From Saccostrea echinata (taxonomy: Eukaryota), in assembly GCF_033153115.1 (NCBI RefSeq), contig NW_026889772.1, forward strand, positions 11,904,001 through 11,968,000: 64,000 nt of DNA. The letters run 5' to 3'. The notes under the pieces are model-generated. The model saw nothing but the letters and a program-made list of their open reading frames with translations, was not told the DNA's origin and ran no database searches. Position 1 is the stretch's first letter. Each line of letters begins with the position of its first letter. The position numbers and the translations under genes were made by a program. Positions 51,030 to 63,228 of the stretch are shown here, one piece after another.

Positions 51030-51650
51030 TAAACTTTTAAATCAAAAGAGATAGGGCGTTCATATTTCACATTTACATTATCTGTGACAAGACCTTTCCA
51101 AATATACTATGATTTTTTTTGCTTTCGACCTTGACCTTGAAGGTTGACCTACTTTTCAAATATTTTAACAAACTTTATCCTTGGTCATAACTTTTGAATG
51201 AGAAAAGATAGGACTTTCATATTTCACAAGTAAATTACATGTGAAAAGTTCTTTCCAAATATACTTTATTTTTTTTACCGTTGACTTTGCCTACTTTTCA
51301 AAAATTTTAACAAACCCTATCTTTAGTCATAACTTTTGAATGAGAAAGACAGGGCTTTCATATTTCACAAGTATATTACATGTGACAAGACTTTTCCAAA
51401 CAAACTATGATTTTTGACCCTGTGACCTTGATGTTGAAGATTTTTTTTTCAAATGTTTGTCAAACTCCAAGGTCAAGGTCAAGAGTTCAAAAATGTTGAT
51501 ATCCAAAGAAAGGTCTTGTCACAAGTGTGAAATATAATAGCCCTAGTACCAACCATTCAGAAAATATGGTGAAAGTCCTAACTCCAGCCATTCAAAATTA
51601 AGTTGACAAGGTTAAATTTTTTTTTCAAATGTAGGTCAAACTCCAAGGAA
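51030..51650. repeat. Satellite/HINE-type repeats related to 22804-23941, in both orientations
   Basis: TGTGACAAGAC / GACCTTGACCTTG units on + (51030-51440) and CAAGGTCAAGGTCA / GGTCTTGTCACA on - (51455-51650). Confidence 0.75.
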
Positions 51651-53879
51651 AACCACGCAGACAGCTAGGCGTATGGAGAGAGGAAAGCTATAGTACCCTC
51701 TAGTTTCACCGATAGGAAATAAATAAATTTTGATATTTTCAGAAAGACCATAAATGGTTAAGTAGAAAAATTCAAAGGCCTTTCTGTTTTTGGTGTCCAC
51801 CTATTGATCAAGAACCTACCTACATATACCTATTCATAAAAAAACACACAAGTCAAGAAATAAAACATAGACTTTATAGTCATAGAAACATCATTTGAAT
51901 GATTTTCGATTTTATTATTCTATTTTTCTTGCAGAAAGATATATTCCTCTGCAAATGAAAGTAGTAAATGTAAAGTATATACATATGCCCCTATGTATTC
52001 ACTTATTTGACAGATTCTCGAAAAATATAGAAAGAAACTGTTTTCCACCAACATAATCAGTTTCTGGACTTCTTATTTTGTAAGTTTTTTTTCTGACCTG
52101 TGGTGTCAAAAACCAAGGCGCAAGCGGATGCTCAGCATAGAAAAAAAATTGAATGGTCTAATTTGTACTGTAAGTCTTTTTATATACAGAAGGTAACGGA
52201 CCAGTTATTGTAACAAATGGTACATACAGTTATTTACAGCCTGTAGCTAATCATGTATATCATATTAATCTACTGCCAGATTGATCTAATTTGATTTGAT
52301 AATTAATGCTTGTCTATCAAATACCTATTGAGATCTGTGATTTAAATTGATTATTAAATGAAACAATTGATCCACGCGTGGATTATTTGTATCTACCTAA
52401 ACTACGCACAGTCTCTGTGCAGTGGGTCAATTTTGTGGAGTCCACCATACCAAGCGGAAATTATGGCCAGCAATGCAAAAGTTGTTAAACTTCCTCCGAT
52501 CCCTGAAAAAGGAAGAACCAATCTCACGGGAGACCTTCAAGGTAAAACATTCATTTCAAAAGTTCATCTTTAAATACTTGTAAAAAATTATTGTATTTCA
52601 TCCTCTCTGAACATGTCCTTTTTAAAATATTCGCACTTAAAAGAAATCAAGACTCGTGGTCTTTTTTTTTTCATTAAAATAAAATTTTAAAAAGAGAACC
52701 TAAAAATTTTTACACAGCATAGAATATGTTTGCATGATACCCTTAAACTGGAAAACAGTAATTGTACCCCCCTCCTCCCCCCTTTGACAAATGATATGTG
52801 GGGTAAGGGGGCTACAGAGGTTAGAGCACCTGTGCTGTCCAGAGCGTGAAAAAGCGTTTTTAGGCACAAGCTTTGGGCGGCCCAGCTAGACTTCTTTTGA
52901 ACTGAACTCCTTGTAACACTTCAAGACGTTTATCACAGCTAAAGAAAAAGGATGTGTTTAGTGTCCTTGCCCCTTTGACACAGGATCGAGTCCATCTAAG
53001 GATGCATAATAAAACGTCATCATCCCTCTATTGCCACATCGTCTCAAACCACGCCCAAAATGTACGACCCTCTCCCATTCTGGTAGGAGAGAGCTACATG
53101 TATATGCGGACTCCGAACCGTTGCTTGAAACGATGTCTGTTGCCGAAGTGCGCGTCTCAAGTACTGTACATTGCTACATGTACATTAGGGGCCAAACTGT
53201 CGCGTATCTGATTCTCTCTTCAAATTTCGTTATTGATAATATTAATCAACTACATACTCGTTACTGACTACATTGTCACTTAGAAAGGCAAGAAGTGCTG
53301 GTTTTATTATTATTTTATATTTAATTGAAGGAAGATCTAAACACTCAATTCCATAGAACTTTTTTGCAGTTATGAGTGACCTGTCCATTCGAAACTTAAT
53401 TTTAGTGTATACATGACATAATTTGTAATCGATCTAAGTATACAAGGCCACTAAAAAGTAGTGTGCATCATTTGCGTGTATTTTCCCCCATTTAAGCAAG
53501 CACAGTAATTTGTGTTCATTTATATTGTTTTCTTTCATTTGGGGGGGGGGGGGGACCGGTAAATATGTATAATGTTGACAATTCACTAGATAAACTCAAT
53601 ACATTTACTTTTATATAATTTTCTCAATAACCTTAAAACATTTTTCATTTGTGCTTAACTTTGAGATTTCTTGAGAAGTGAAATAATATGAACATACCTT
53701 TTGTTCACTTTATTTTGGGGCATTTCTGGGATTCAAAATACAAGTAATTGATTAATTAGGAAATACCAGAAACATAAATGACTTTTATGTCTCTGGAAAT
53801 ATTACATTCCGTTATCAGCAACCAGGGGGCGCCCTATCATGTATACTTACATTGCACAATCTGAAACAGGATAAATAAA

Positions 53880-56141
53880 ATGGGACTTTTTAACCATACA
53901 CAGAGACGTAAGCGTAGTCATGGGCATCGGTCTTACAATAAACCTTTAATACACGATGTCTCTTTTGATTCATTACTACCTTACGTAAATCAACAGTTAG
54001 GTCTACATCATATTCGCACCAAACTTTACTCTGTCCCTTTGAAACTTTTAAATAGTCTTCTTGAAAAGGTCAAGGAAAGTCCATTTTTTTATTCCTCGAC
54101 ACCAGAATATAGGCTCGGATCTGTGATTATGGATATTGCCAATCATAGGTTTTTTAAACCCCCGCGTTTTACTGAAGAAAATGCAGCTAAAACAATCCGT
54201 TTTTTCCTTAAACTTCAATATGCCAACAAAGGAATTGACGCGGTTAATATAAGTAATATTCTTAATCACAAAAGGGTCCAGTCTTGTATTCCACCATATT
54301 TCAAGTTAAAGACTCCACCTTGTATTTCCTACAAATATACATCGACTATTGCTTCCAAACTTTTTAATTACAAGAAAACTTTACAGGGCCTGGATATCGA
54401 ATATCTGAAGCATAATCCTCCATCGTGTTCATGTTCTTCTTCGCCCAATAACTATAGTCCTGCTGGACACGTTATTACTGGTGACGTAAATATAGTTAAC
54501 AATGAGGACCTTAGATCACTAATTTTAAAAGGTCCTAAATTTAGGGAACCCAGATCCTTCAACTGGCGTCGGAATTTCATAAATATTATGGATTCTGTAG
54601 AGGACTACTCCAGGCGATGGACCAGACATGAAAAAGAAGACCTTGACACTTTGTCAGAATGGATTAAATGTATCAGATGTATGTTAAAATCGCGCATTAA
54701 GAGATTGAGAGGCAATATGAAAACCATCTATCCTTCTGTATTCAATAACCCAGTAGTGAAAAAAGAATTATATAGATTACATGATCAGTACGTACTGGTC
54801 CCTGCTGACAAAGCAGGTAACAACATTGTCTTTGTTTGTAAGGCTCATTATATTAAATGTATTTTAGAGGAACTTGGATTTAATTCTACAAGTGGTAATC
54901 CAACTTATACTCATAGTTCCCTTTCTAAGGAAGAAATTCTTAAAAATCATATGTCAGTTTTGAATATTTTTAATATTCCAAACAATCAAAATGAATTTGA
55001 ATTACCATATTTATATTGGATTCCGAAACTTCATAAAAATCCTTACAAACAAAGATACATAGCGGATTCCAGAAAATGTTCAACCAAGCCTCTATCTTTA
55101 CTCTTCACTAAGATATTAACAGTGGTGAAGGAGAAACTTCAAAAGTACTGTGCAACAATATATTCGAGAAGTGGTGTAAATCAGATGTGGATACTTAAAA
55201 ATTCCAAGGAACTTTTGGAAAATTTAAAATCACAAGATTTTACCAAAATCAACAGCTTAAAAACTTACGACTATTCAACTTTGTACACAACCATTCCCCA
55301 CGATAAATTAAAGTCCAGGCTTTTTGATATCATTGACAGCTGCTTTTTCAATAAAAATGGAACTCGTAAATATATTTACCTTGTCATCGGTCATTTGCAA
55401 AATTATTTTGTTAAAAAACATTCTGATTGTTCACACAAGTACTCTGAAGTTGACATTAAAAAGATGCTTGAGTTTCTGATTGACAATATCTATTTGGTTT
55501 TTGGAGACCAGGTCTTCCAACAATCTATTGGAATTCCCAGGGGTACCAATTGCGCCCCATTATTAGCAGACCTTTTTTTGTATTCATATGAAGCAGAATT
55601 TGTCCAAAATCTTGTACGTGAAAAGAAGAAAACACTTGCTGTGGCCTTCAACTCGACATTTAGATATATCGACGACGTATTGTCAATTAACAATGGCTAT
55701 TTCCATTCTTATGTCTATACGATATATCCTTGTGAACTTGAGATAAAAGATACCACAGAGTCTGACACATCTGTTGCATATTTGGTTATTTTACTTGAAA
55801 AAGACGTTAATGGTAATCTAACAACCAAGCTTTATGATAAACGTGATGACTTTAACTTTTCAATCGTCAACTTCCCTTACTTATGCAGCAATATACCTTC
55901 ATCACCTGCATACGGGGTATATATCTCTCAGTTGATTCGATACGCAAGAGCATGCTCTACGTATGTACAATTTCTAAAACGAGGTAAATTATTGACAAAT
56001 AAGTTGATGAAGCAAGAATATCAGCTGTCTCGTTTAAAGTCATCATTTCGTAAGTTCTATGGTCGATACAATGACCTTGTCAGCAAATACAGTTTATCAT
56101 TGAGTCAAATGCTGACTGACGTTTTTCACACTAATTGTTAG
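53880..56141 (+). CDS. Penelope-like (Naiad) reverse transcriptase
   Basis: Motifs PADKAGNN, YWIPKLHK, TYDYSTLYTTIPH, QQSIGIPRGTNCAP, FRYIDD, LYDKRDDF, YGVYISQLIRY. It has several substitutions relative to other copies (PRG vs PMG, DYS vs DFS, YLVI vs YLDI). Confidence 0.95.
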   Translation: MGLFNHTQRRKRSHGHRSYNKPLIHDVSFDSLLPYVNQQLGLHHIRTKLYSVPLKLLNSLLEKVKESPFFYSSTPEYRLGSVIMDIANHRFFKPPRFTEENAAKTIRFFLKLQYANKGIDAVNISNILNHKRVQSCIPPYFKLKTPPCISYKYTSTIASKLFNYKKTLQGLDIEYLKHNPPSCSCSSSPNNYSPAGHVITGDVNIVNNEDLRSLILKGPKFREPRSFNWRRNFINIMDSVEDYSRRWTRHEKEDLDTLSEWIKCIRCMLKSRIKRLRGNMKTIYPSVFNNPVVKKELYRLHDQYVLVPADKAGNNIVFVCKAHYIKCILEELGFNSTSGNPTYTHSSLSKEEILKNHMSVLNIFNIPNNQNEFELPYLYWIPKLHKNPYKQRYIADSRKCSTKPLSLLFTKILTVVKEKLQKYCATIYSRSGVNQMWILKNSKELLENLKSQDFTKINSLKTYDYSTLYTTIPHDKLKSRLFDIIDSCFFNKNGTRKYIYLVIGHLQNYFVKKHSDCSHKYSEVDIKKMLEFLIDNIYLVFGDQVFQQSIGIPRGTNCAPLLADLFLYSYEAEFVQNLVREKKKTLAVAFNSTFRYIDDVLSINNGYFHSYVYTIYPCELEIKDTTESDTSVAYLVILLEKDVNGNLTTKLYDKRDDFNFSIVNFPYLCSNIPSSPAYGVYISQLIRYARACSTYVQFLKRGKLLTNKLMKQEYQLSRLKSSFRKFYGRYNDLVSKYSLSLSQMLTDVFHTNC

Positions 56142-56201
56142 GCCATTATTTACACACTGAATTGTCGACGGACTTTTCCGTTATTTCCCGATCATGACAA
56201 G

Positions 56202-56294
56202 GAGCACACGGCGGGTGTGACCGGTCGGCGGGGGATGCTCGCTCTTCCATGGCACCTGATCCCACCTCTGATGTTTGGAGGTCCGTGTTTGCTC
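56202..56294 (+). ncRNA. Conserved structured RNA element (three-way junction) in the Naiad 3' UTR
   Basis: P1 GAGCACACGG/CCGUGU(UU)GCUC; P2 GGG-UGUGAC-C-GGU...ACC-UGAU-CCC capped by a GGGGA-N7-UCYUC hairpin; P3 CCUCUGA...UGGAGG, with compensatory changes among copies. Confidence 0.6.
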
Positions 56295-56510
56295 TGCTCC
56301 TATTTTGTATTGATAAATGGACTTTTGAGCTTGAATACTGTTCGTTATCTCCATATATTTCATTCAACATGTTCATTTTAATGGTTTTAGTTTAAGGTAT
56401 TATCATTCGTCAGCTTTTAAGAAAAGTTTGGTCAGGACCTCGAACTTCGATTCAAAACTATTTCTTATACAATTCAATTTTTATTACATATTTGAATTTA
56501 ACAATGCATT

Positions 56511-56584
56511 ATTTTGTGGGCAGTTTTTGAAATTGAATATTGTATAATTATACAATATTCAATTTCAAAAACTGCTCACAAAAT
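56511..56584. repeat. 74-bp spacerless palindrome
   Basis: ATTTTGTGGGCAGTTTTTGAAATTGAATATTGTATAA|TTATACAATATTCAATTTCAAAAACTGCTCACAAAAT, one mismatch. Confidence 0.95.
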
Positions 56585-57260
56585 CATAAAAAAACCCAAA
56601 ATTTATAGGGTACTATTTCTTGTGGTGGACGGATATTAAGAGGAAAATTCTTAATTCAACACATTCGTTAAAAATAATTATCTTAGAACTTTAGCCCTAC
56701 ATGTTTTTACTCAGAGAATTATTTCCGCTATTATATGCTAAGGCATACCTTAAGACATGAAAAACAATTCTAACGTATTTCGTTTTTTTTCTTTAAATAC
56801 AAATTTCAAATCATAATAAAAAAAAATCTTTCAAATTTCGAAACATCTTCAATATTCTTGGACCCTCTGAGTGAATGCACCATGAGTTCGCATTGTGGTG
56901 ATGTTTTTTTTCCCCCGAGACACAGTTAAAAACTTTTTTTTTCTTTTTATGTTGATAACGGTATTTGTATATCTGCTGATTATTTTCTCCTTTATTTTTT
57001 CCCTCAAAAGGATTCTATATTTACACATCAAATTGTCTTTATAATGAGATTTGGCGCTAAGTGTCAAGTCTTCAATGAGCAAGTCACACCTATCTCTCAA
57101 AATAATCCCCCCCCCTTCCCCCTCCCAAAAAAATCATAAACAAAATAAAAACAATGCAAACAAAACTAAACCAAAACAAAAAGATTAACAATCTTTTGGG
57201 CCGAAGTGTATGCTGCGTGTCTGAATCAAGAAGGATCACTCTGCCCACACGATTCATTCT

Positions 57261-57272
57261 TGTGACGTCACA
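57261..57272. promoter_or_regulatory. Palindromic CRE (TGTGACGTCACA) upstream of the THEG-like gene
   Basis: Full TGACGTCA site ~270 bp upstream of the ATG; function inferred only. Confidence 0.4.
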
Positions 57273-57540
57273 TTTAAAATGAAAATGAAACCAACAGCAC
57301 CAGTATAGTCCTAGACATTCAGTTTGGCATTTAAACAAATATCGTCTGCTGGGGATTTAAATGTAATGTATTATTCGGCCAAACAATAGATTCTTGATTA
57401 AAAGGTACAACAACCAGAATAAAACGTATATTAAATGTCTAGAAAGAATATGAAAGTGTTTTGACCAATGAAAACAATCGGAAGGAGTCATTGACAACTC
57501 TCTTGACAACCACGCGTAAAGCGCGAGATTTTTGGTAGAA

Positions 57541-60500
57541 ATGGCGACGAGAAGTGCAAGTAAGTGTGCATGTGCTATGCTGGGACCCTTTGTGAATGAT
57601 AGTCATATCATGAATGACACTGAAGGTTATTTCAATTTTTCTCTCTATTACAGCGAGTGATAACAGGATAGATCTTCTCGCTAATCCCAAAAGTGTTCCA
57701 AACACATTCCAGGAAGATAGGTAGGGTTATTTCTATACAAATCTACTTACTTCTCGGTTTATTGTATAAATCGTAAGTGACAGTACTAATGTGTCTTTGT
57801 CCATATTGATACATCAGTTGACATTTAAAATGTTGAAGAAGTAAATCGGCACGGATCGAACATGTGCACTCATTCATCAACATTATTATGCGCGTATTTT
57901 ATTTATTATAAATTTTAATTAATTTATTAACAACGTTGAAATGCCCAGTCTCTTCTGCAGCATGAAGTGATCATGAACCAAAAACGCATTACAGGAATAT
58001 ATAAATTATAGACACAGACATTCCCGAACTTTCAAAGAATGTTGCGTTTGATCCCCAGTATGTTTGTCCTCTTGTGCAGGGGGGGGGGGGGGGGCATGAT
58101 GGCAGATTAAATCAACTGATATTAAAAGAGGAAACGTTATTTATAGTTTATAGGAATATATATTTATGCATAAAATTATAAAATGTTGAATTTTGCAAAA
58201 CACTTCTATAGTTTCAAAAGGATCGGAACTTTAAAATTATCTACATATAGATATATACATTCCAGGACTACAGAATAATGACGGATTCCAATAGCACCTT
58301 CAAAAGCCATTGAATTTAATATGAGCTTTCTAGTTACAGGTTTTCCTCAAGCAAAATTTAATGAGATATTGTGAATATTTAAAATCATTCATATCTGAGT
58401 TTAAAAATGATTGAGGATTAATAAGCTAATATATTCTGTTTATGTCTTAAATTTTGTAGGAGGTCAGTGTATTGGGTTGACAGACAACCCCCCACTGCTG
58501 GGCCACATGGAACCACACAGATCAGTATGTAATACTGTACTCTAATTATTCTAATTACAAATCCATATCACTTTAAAAATTTTAGCTATACCCTTAACAT
58601 GCACTTTGTTGCTTAATTGTCTTTCAGAATGAATATCGATCCATGTACACTTCATAATGAAATGTTTGCATTTTATTAAAATTTAGTCTGAAGACAACTA
58701 TTTTGCAATTCTACACTTTTCAAAAAGAGATTTGTCCTCCTGGTTGAATATTCTGTTGTGAAGAGTACATAATAATTATCATAAAGAAAGATCAATCATG
58801 CAGTCACACAGATGCAATGGATAATGAACAGTAGAGAAAATTCAATTTCTAATTTTGATTTGTGGCACCAGCACATATTGTTTTACTGAAAAAGCACTTG
58901 CTATTCTTGCAATCTAATTAGATTGACTATTCTTGCAGTTGGGGGAAAAAGTCAGTCCTCACTGTGCCATATGAAATCAAACAAATCCATCTGGCTTATT
59001 TTGTTTGAGCACATTTTATGCTTAAGTACCAAAAAGTGCTGAAAAAAATGTATTAAATTCTGGTTAGGGTCGATATTAAATTCTGGTGAGGGTCGATAAT
59101 ATTGATAAATATAATTGCCGTTTCCTTTCACCACATTTTCCTACAGTTAAGTTTTTAAATTGAGAGGAAATTACTTAAACTAAATCAATATAGATCTGAA
59201 TTAGAGTAAACTGCTAACAGAGTTCTGTCTGGTTCTAATCTACAGCAGGTGATGATCATTGTATAGAACTACCTGATAAAGTAATGCATTGTGTCCGTTA
59301 AAGTGCTTACAAGTGTCTGTGGAGATACTCATCTCTTCATTTTGTCAGACAAACAAAAGGTGATCGATTTAGTTCACAGATTTAAACCGCATTTGGGGGT
59401 ACTAAATTAGATACGATTGAAACATTCATAAGCCAATATATAGCAGGGGAGGGCAAGTTTTGGAAGTTAAAATGAGAAATATTACCATAATGCATATTCT
59501 ACGCCCTTTGAATGAATTGAAGGTAGAAACTGGTTTGGGTTTAAATAATTGTAGTTTTATAAAAGAAAAAAATGCATGTTACCTTGCTAGCTACGAGGTA
59601 ATTTTCATTATATCTCATATATATTGCTCAAAATTTATTAGTCATTTATGTATAATATACATCAAATATGACTTGTTTCATATTTAAATAACTTGAACAA
59701 TATTAAGTTGTAATTTTTAGCCTTTTCCAAATCATTCCATACAACAAATCCCTCCAAATGCAATTTTAATTTCAACTTGATAATTCCTTTAAAGGGGAAA
59801 CTTTAACAGATTTAAGGTGGTGTTTATATGTTTATGTTACTATTTTTTCTTTTACCTTTTTTTTTTTTTTAATTATTAATAAGAATCTTGATTCTTGTCT
59901 GTTTACAATAATGTTACCAGTATTAGGTAACATGTCCTTATCAGATCAGTCCTCTTGGCAGATTTCCTGTTGGTCTAAGTCCAAACCAAAAATTCTACCA
60001 GATCAGCTTAATAAGTTATACATTGTACTGTAATTCTTTAGTAAGTTTTTAGTGTGTTATTATTGTGAATCAATATTTAAAGAATTAAGTTAATATACAA
60101 CGAACTTTAGATGTTGGAACTTTTAATTTTCTTGGGATTAATTTTTTTTCAAAATACTCTTAAACTTCCTCTCTTTTTGGACTAAAAACTGACAGAAAAA
60201 TATTTAAATATAAAGAATATACCAAGTCCTATATCTCAAATTGTTGAGGACGATCAAGTAGAAAATGACATCCTTAATCTAGCCAAGACCTGGTGTTTAT
60301 GAGTAGTTCTTTTCTTTCTATAGTGTTTGATCTAATGCCTAAATATTGATCAGAAACATTCTGTACAAGCAGAGCAAACACTTGTCATGACTGATATTAA
60401 GAGAAAACATTTACATTTCATCATTGATCCTACATTTTAAAAGGTTTTCACAGATTGAAATGATATATCAACTGTCAAGACGTGTATTATAGGCTTAAAT

Positions 60501-63228
60501 TTTAAAATGCTAGAATTGTATAAAACTCTGTAGTATCATTAAGTCCATACTAAAATCATTTACAACTCTAACAACAATATCAGAACTTGTTTAGTTACTG
60601 TGTTTTATATAACATATGTCAAACTTTTACTTCAGCCCCCCCCCCCCCTTTTCAGTAAGTTTGATAGAACATTGATACATTTGTGTGTACGTGTGTATTT
60701 ATTTAGAAACTGCATGACTGCAGGTCTTCACTAAGGTGGCCATTTATAATATTTTTATCAGTTTTTAATTTGTTCTTCACGGACATTTTAATTTCTTAAA
60801 AAACACCTGGGCAAAATCAACCAAACTAAAGAACTTTTTTTTTTTTTAAACTTCAATCTGTTATCTTCAAACACCAACAAAAACTTGTATACATATAGAT
60901 AGAGATTTGTTTAAACCAGGTGGCTACTGTGACCAGAATTGAGCCAGTAAAAGATAGATTTTTTATACAAGAATAGAAAAAAATAACAGCTGAAAATTCT
61001 CCTTTTTAGATCAACAATGTGCAGTTTTATACCTGCAACAAAGTAGCCCTCTCAATTATTTCATTGGAAGGGGGGGGGGGGGGTTTCTCCTGAAAACATT
61101 AGATTAGAAATATCAGAGAGGGCTACATTATTGCAGTTATAGCGTAGATTATGAAATTCATCTGAAAGTGATGCAAGCATCATCATGTAAAATAATTATA
61201 ATGTAAATTCATTTTTTTTAATCTTCCCACTAGACAGAATGAAACCACAGATGGATATTCAAAAAAATTACTTAAAAAAAAATTACCAAATTGATATGCA
61301 AGTTTTCTTCAAATCATGGACATCTTGTTCTTTAAAGTATGTGGAAAATGATAGAATCTTTTTCCCAAATGATGTAATGTATACTTTTAATGAAATATGG
61401 GGAAAGAGTGTCTGAATGAGTTTGAGCTTTGATTCATAAGACCAAATTAATTTGAACATGAATTCTTGCCTTTTAGTGAGTTTTAGCAGCAGAAACTGCA
61501 GATTAATGGCTAACCTTCTTCCTATAATAGCAAATTTATAGTAAAAAAAAAAAAGTCTGTATTATGCTTAATTTAAAAAAGTTTATTTGACAATGGCAGA
61601 TTTCAAATGAAGTCCTTTTGGAGCCATTAAGCTATTTCATAAGTTGATACAATTCAATATTTTTAGTGAAGGTTCAGGATTGTAGAAATAATACATGACT
61701 GCGTATTGGTCATTTCACCAATGAATTTCACTCAAGAGTACATTGTGTTTAAGGTGGGGTGCGTAGAACTGTGAGTGATTCAACATTTAGTAAGTATTAT
61801 ATGATGGGGAACATGGCATGTTTAACTTAGAAACTAATGGAATATACCATAAAAACATTAATCATTCTCAGATTTCTTTCTTGTAGTGCAATGTATGCAT
61901 GTGTATACCTGTAGTATATCAGAAATCCATGAAAGCTTCAACAAGTTTAATGTACTTTAGATTTTCTTCTTTAATAACAGTGTTAGAAACTTATCAATTT
62001 TAGGTTATACAAGATTTTAAAAACAGTCATTTGTGATGTATTAGTATATAGCTATAACACTGGTCATTTAATCCAGATCGATATTTATGGTATTAAAAAT
62101 TCAGTTCTTTTTATAGTTGACTCTTTAAATTCAGCACACAATTCTTAAAGACTTGATTTAATTAAATCTGAGTGTGCGTTGTTATATTTTAACACCTTGC
62201 ATATGACGTTTTATATTGTACTGAATGATTTCATTCAGGCTTGCTTGTAGTTATTCAGGTCTTATTAATGTGTCAATGCTGAGATTTGAACATGAACTAA
62301 CATTATTGACATAAGTATTGTGCTTTTGACATTAAATTGTTATCAAATCATAACCTGATTTTTCAACTGTGTAAATGTGTCAGTGTTTTTTTCCTTGTAC
62401 TTTTAAGTAAAAAAGGGGATGGGGGTCTGCATATTGCTTCAGACCATTATTTTTAAATATTAAACTGATCAAAATACATTAATCTAGTTTTAATTTCATT
62501 TGTAAGTATAAATTTATCATGAAGGGTATCTTATTTTGGGTATTATACTAATAGTTGAATTTGTGAAAATTTTGAGTTTATAGATTTTAATTGGCATTAT
62601 TTTTTTGTTATTACAGTTGCCAGTACCAGGGTGCAGGAGTTAGCCAAACACCGCACACCTAATCAGCATGGTTGGCGAGGCGACAGGTATATAGTGATGT
62701 CACCAGGACAGGTGGGCAGTATCCTGCTGGTGTCAAGCTTTGTACAACCATATTTTGAATGACCATTTAGAAAAACAACCATATTTTGAATGACCATTTA
62801 GTAAAATTAAATATTTTTTCTAAATACCTGTAAGAGGTCATTTTCCAGTATTTCACAAAGAATAATTATTTCATACTTCACAATTGCTGACCATTCAAAT
62901 GACTTAGTAGTTGTTGCTGCACTAGTATGAGGTCTGTTATGCTACAGACATGTTCAACTACTTTGCTGCTGAAAGGGCACTAACAAGCAACGTAGCATTA
63001 ACTTCTACATAAATTGAATGAAATTTGATGCCCATATTAGTTGAGAATTTCAATTAAAGAAAACTTCTTTTAAGATGTTCTCCCTTTTTTTTCTTTGACA
63101 GACCCACCCCTATCTGGGCAGTACGTGATGGGGCTAAGAAGGCAGAAGCTGGGCCCCGCCTGGTGGCCCTCAGTGAACACAAAGAACCCCATCCCCGCTA
63201 TCTGTTTGACAGGACTGCCTACATGACA
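57541..63228 (+). CDS. THEG: THEG/SPMAP2-like microtubule-associated repeat protein, 5' portion
   Basis: Exons 57541-57559, 57654-57720, 58460-58524, 62617-62686, 63102-63228 have consistent phases and give MATRSATSDNRIDLLANPKSVPNTFQEDRRSVYWVDRQPPTAGPHGTTQIIASTRVQELAKHRTPNQHGWRGDRPTPIWAVRDGAKKAEAGPRLVALSEHKEPHPRYLFDRTAYMT. This shows the THEG-type R-[IVL]-x-x-L-A-x-[PH]-[KR] and DRP.PIW.V repeats. The gene continues beyond the window. Confidence 0.8.

Larger units (their letters stand above)
53870..56360 (+). mobile_element. Naiad-clade Penelope-like retroelement, 5'-truncated (N-terminal GIY-YIG endonuclease missing)
   Basis: RT ORF terminates right after the thumb with no C-terminal GIY-YIG; CxC linker (PSCSCS...GHVITGD) is characteristic of the N-terminal-EN Naiad/Chlamys PLEs; ~220-bp 3' UTR is shared with many truncated copies in the window. 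Confidence 0.88.

Noticed and set aside
52358-53267. Short ORFs in the 52-53 kb region
   Set aside because: No recognisable motifs or consistent splice structure.
53880-56141. Bacterial retron, group II intron or defence RT; CRISPR arrays in the window
   Set aside because: The context is eukaryotic with spliceosomal introns, the RT motifs are Penelope-like, and the tandem repeats have no unique spacers.
56255-56300. Hammerhead ribozyme (CUGAU...)
   Set aside because: No CUGANGA...GAAA core is present in this copy or consistently in the others.
53880-56360. Selenoprotein-type Naiad with a functional SECIS
   Set aside because: The ORF has no in-frame TGA, and the UTR structure lacks the apical AAR and the regular 10-12-bp helix II of a SECIS.
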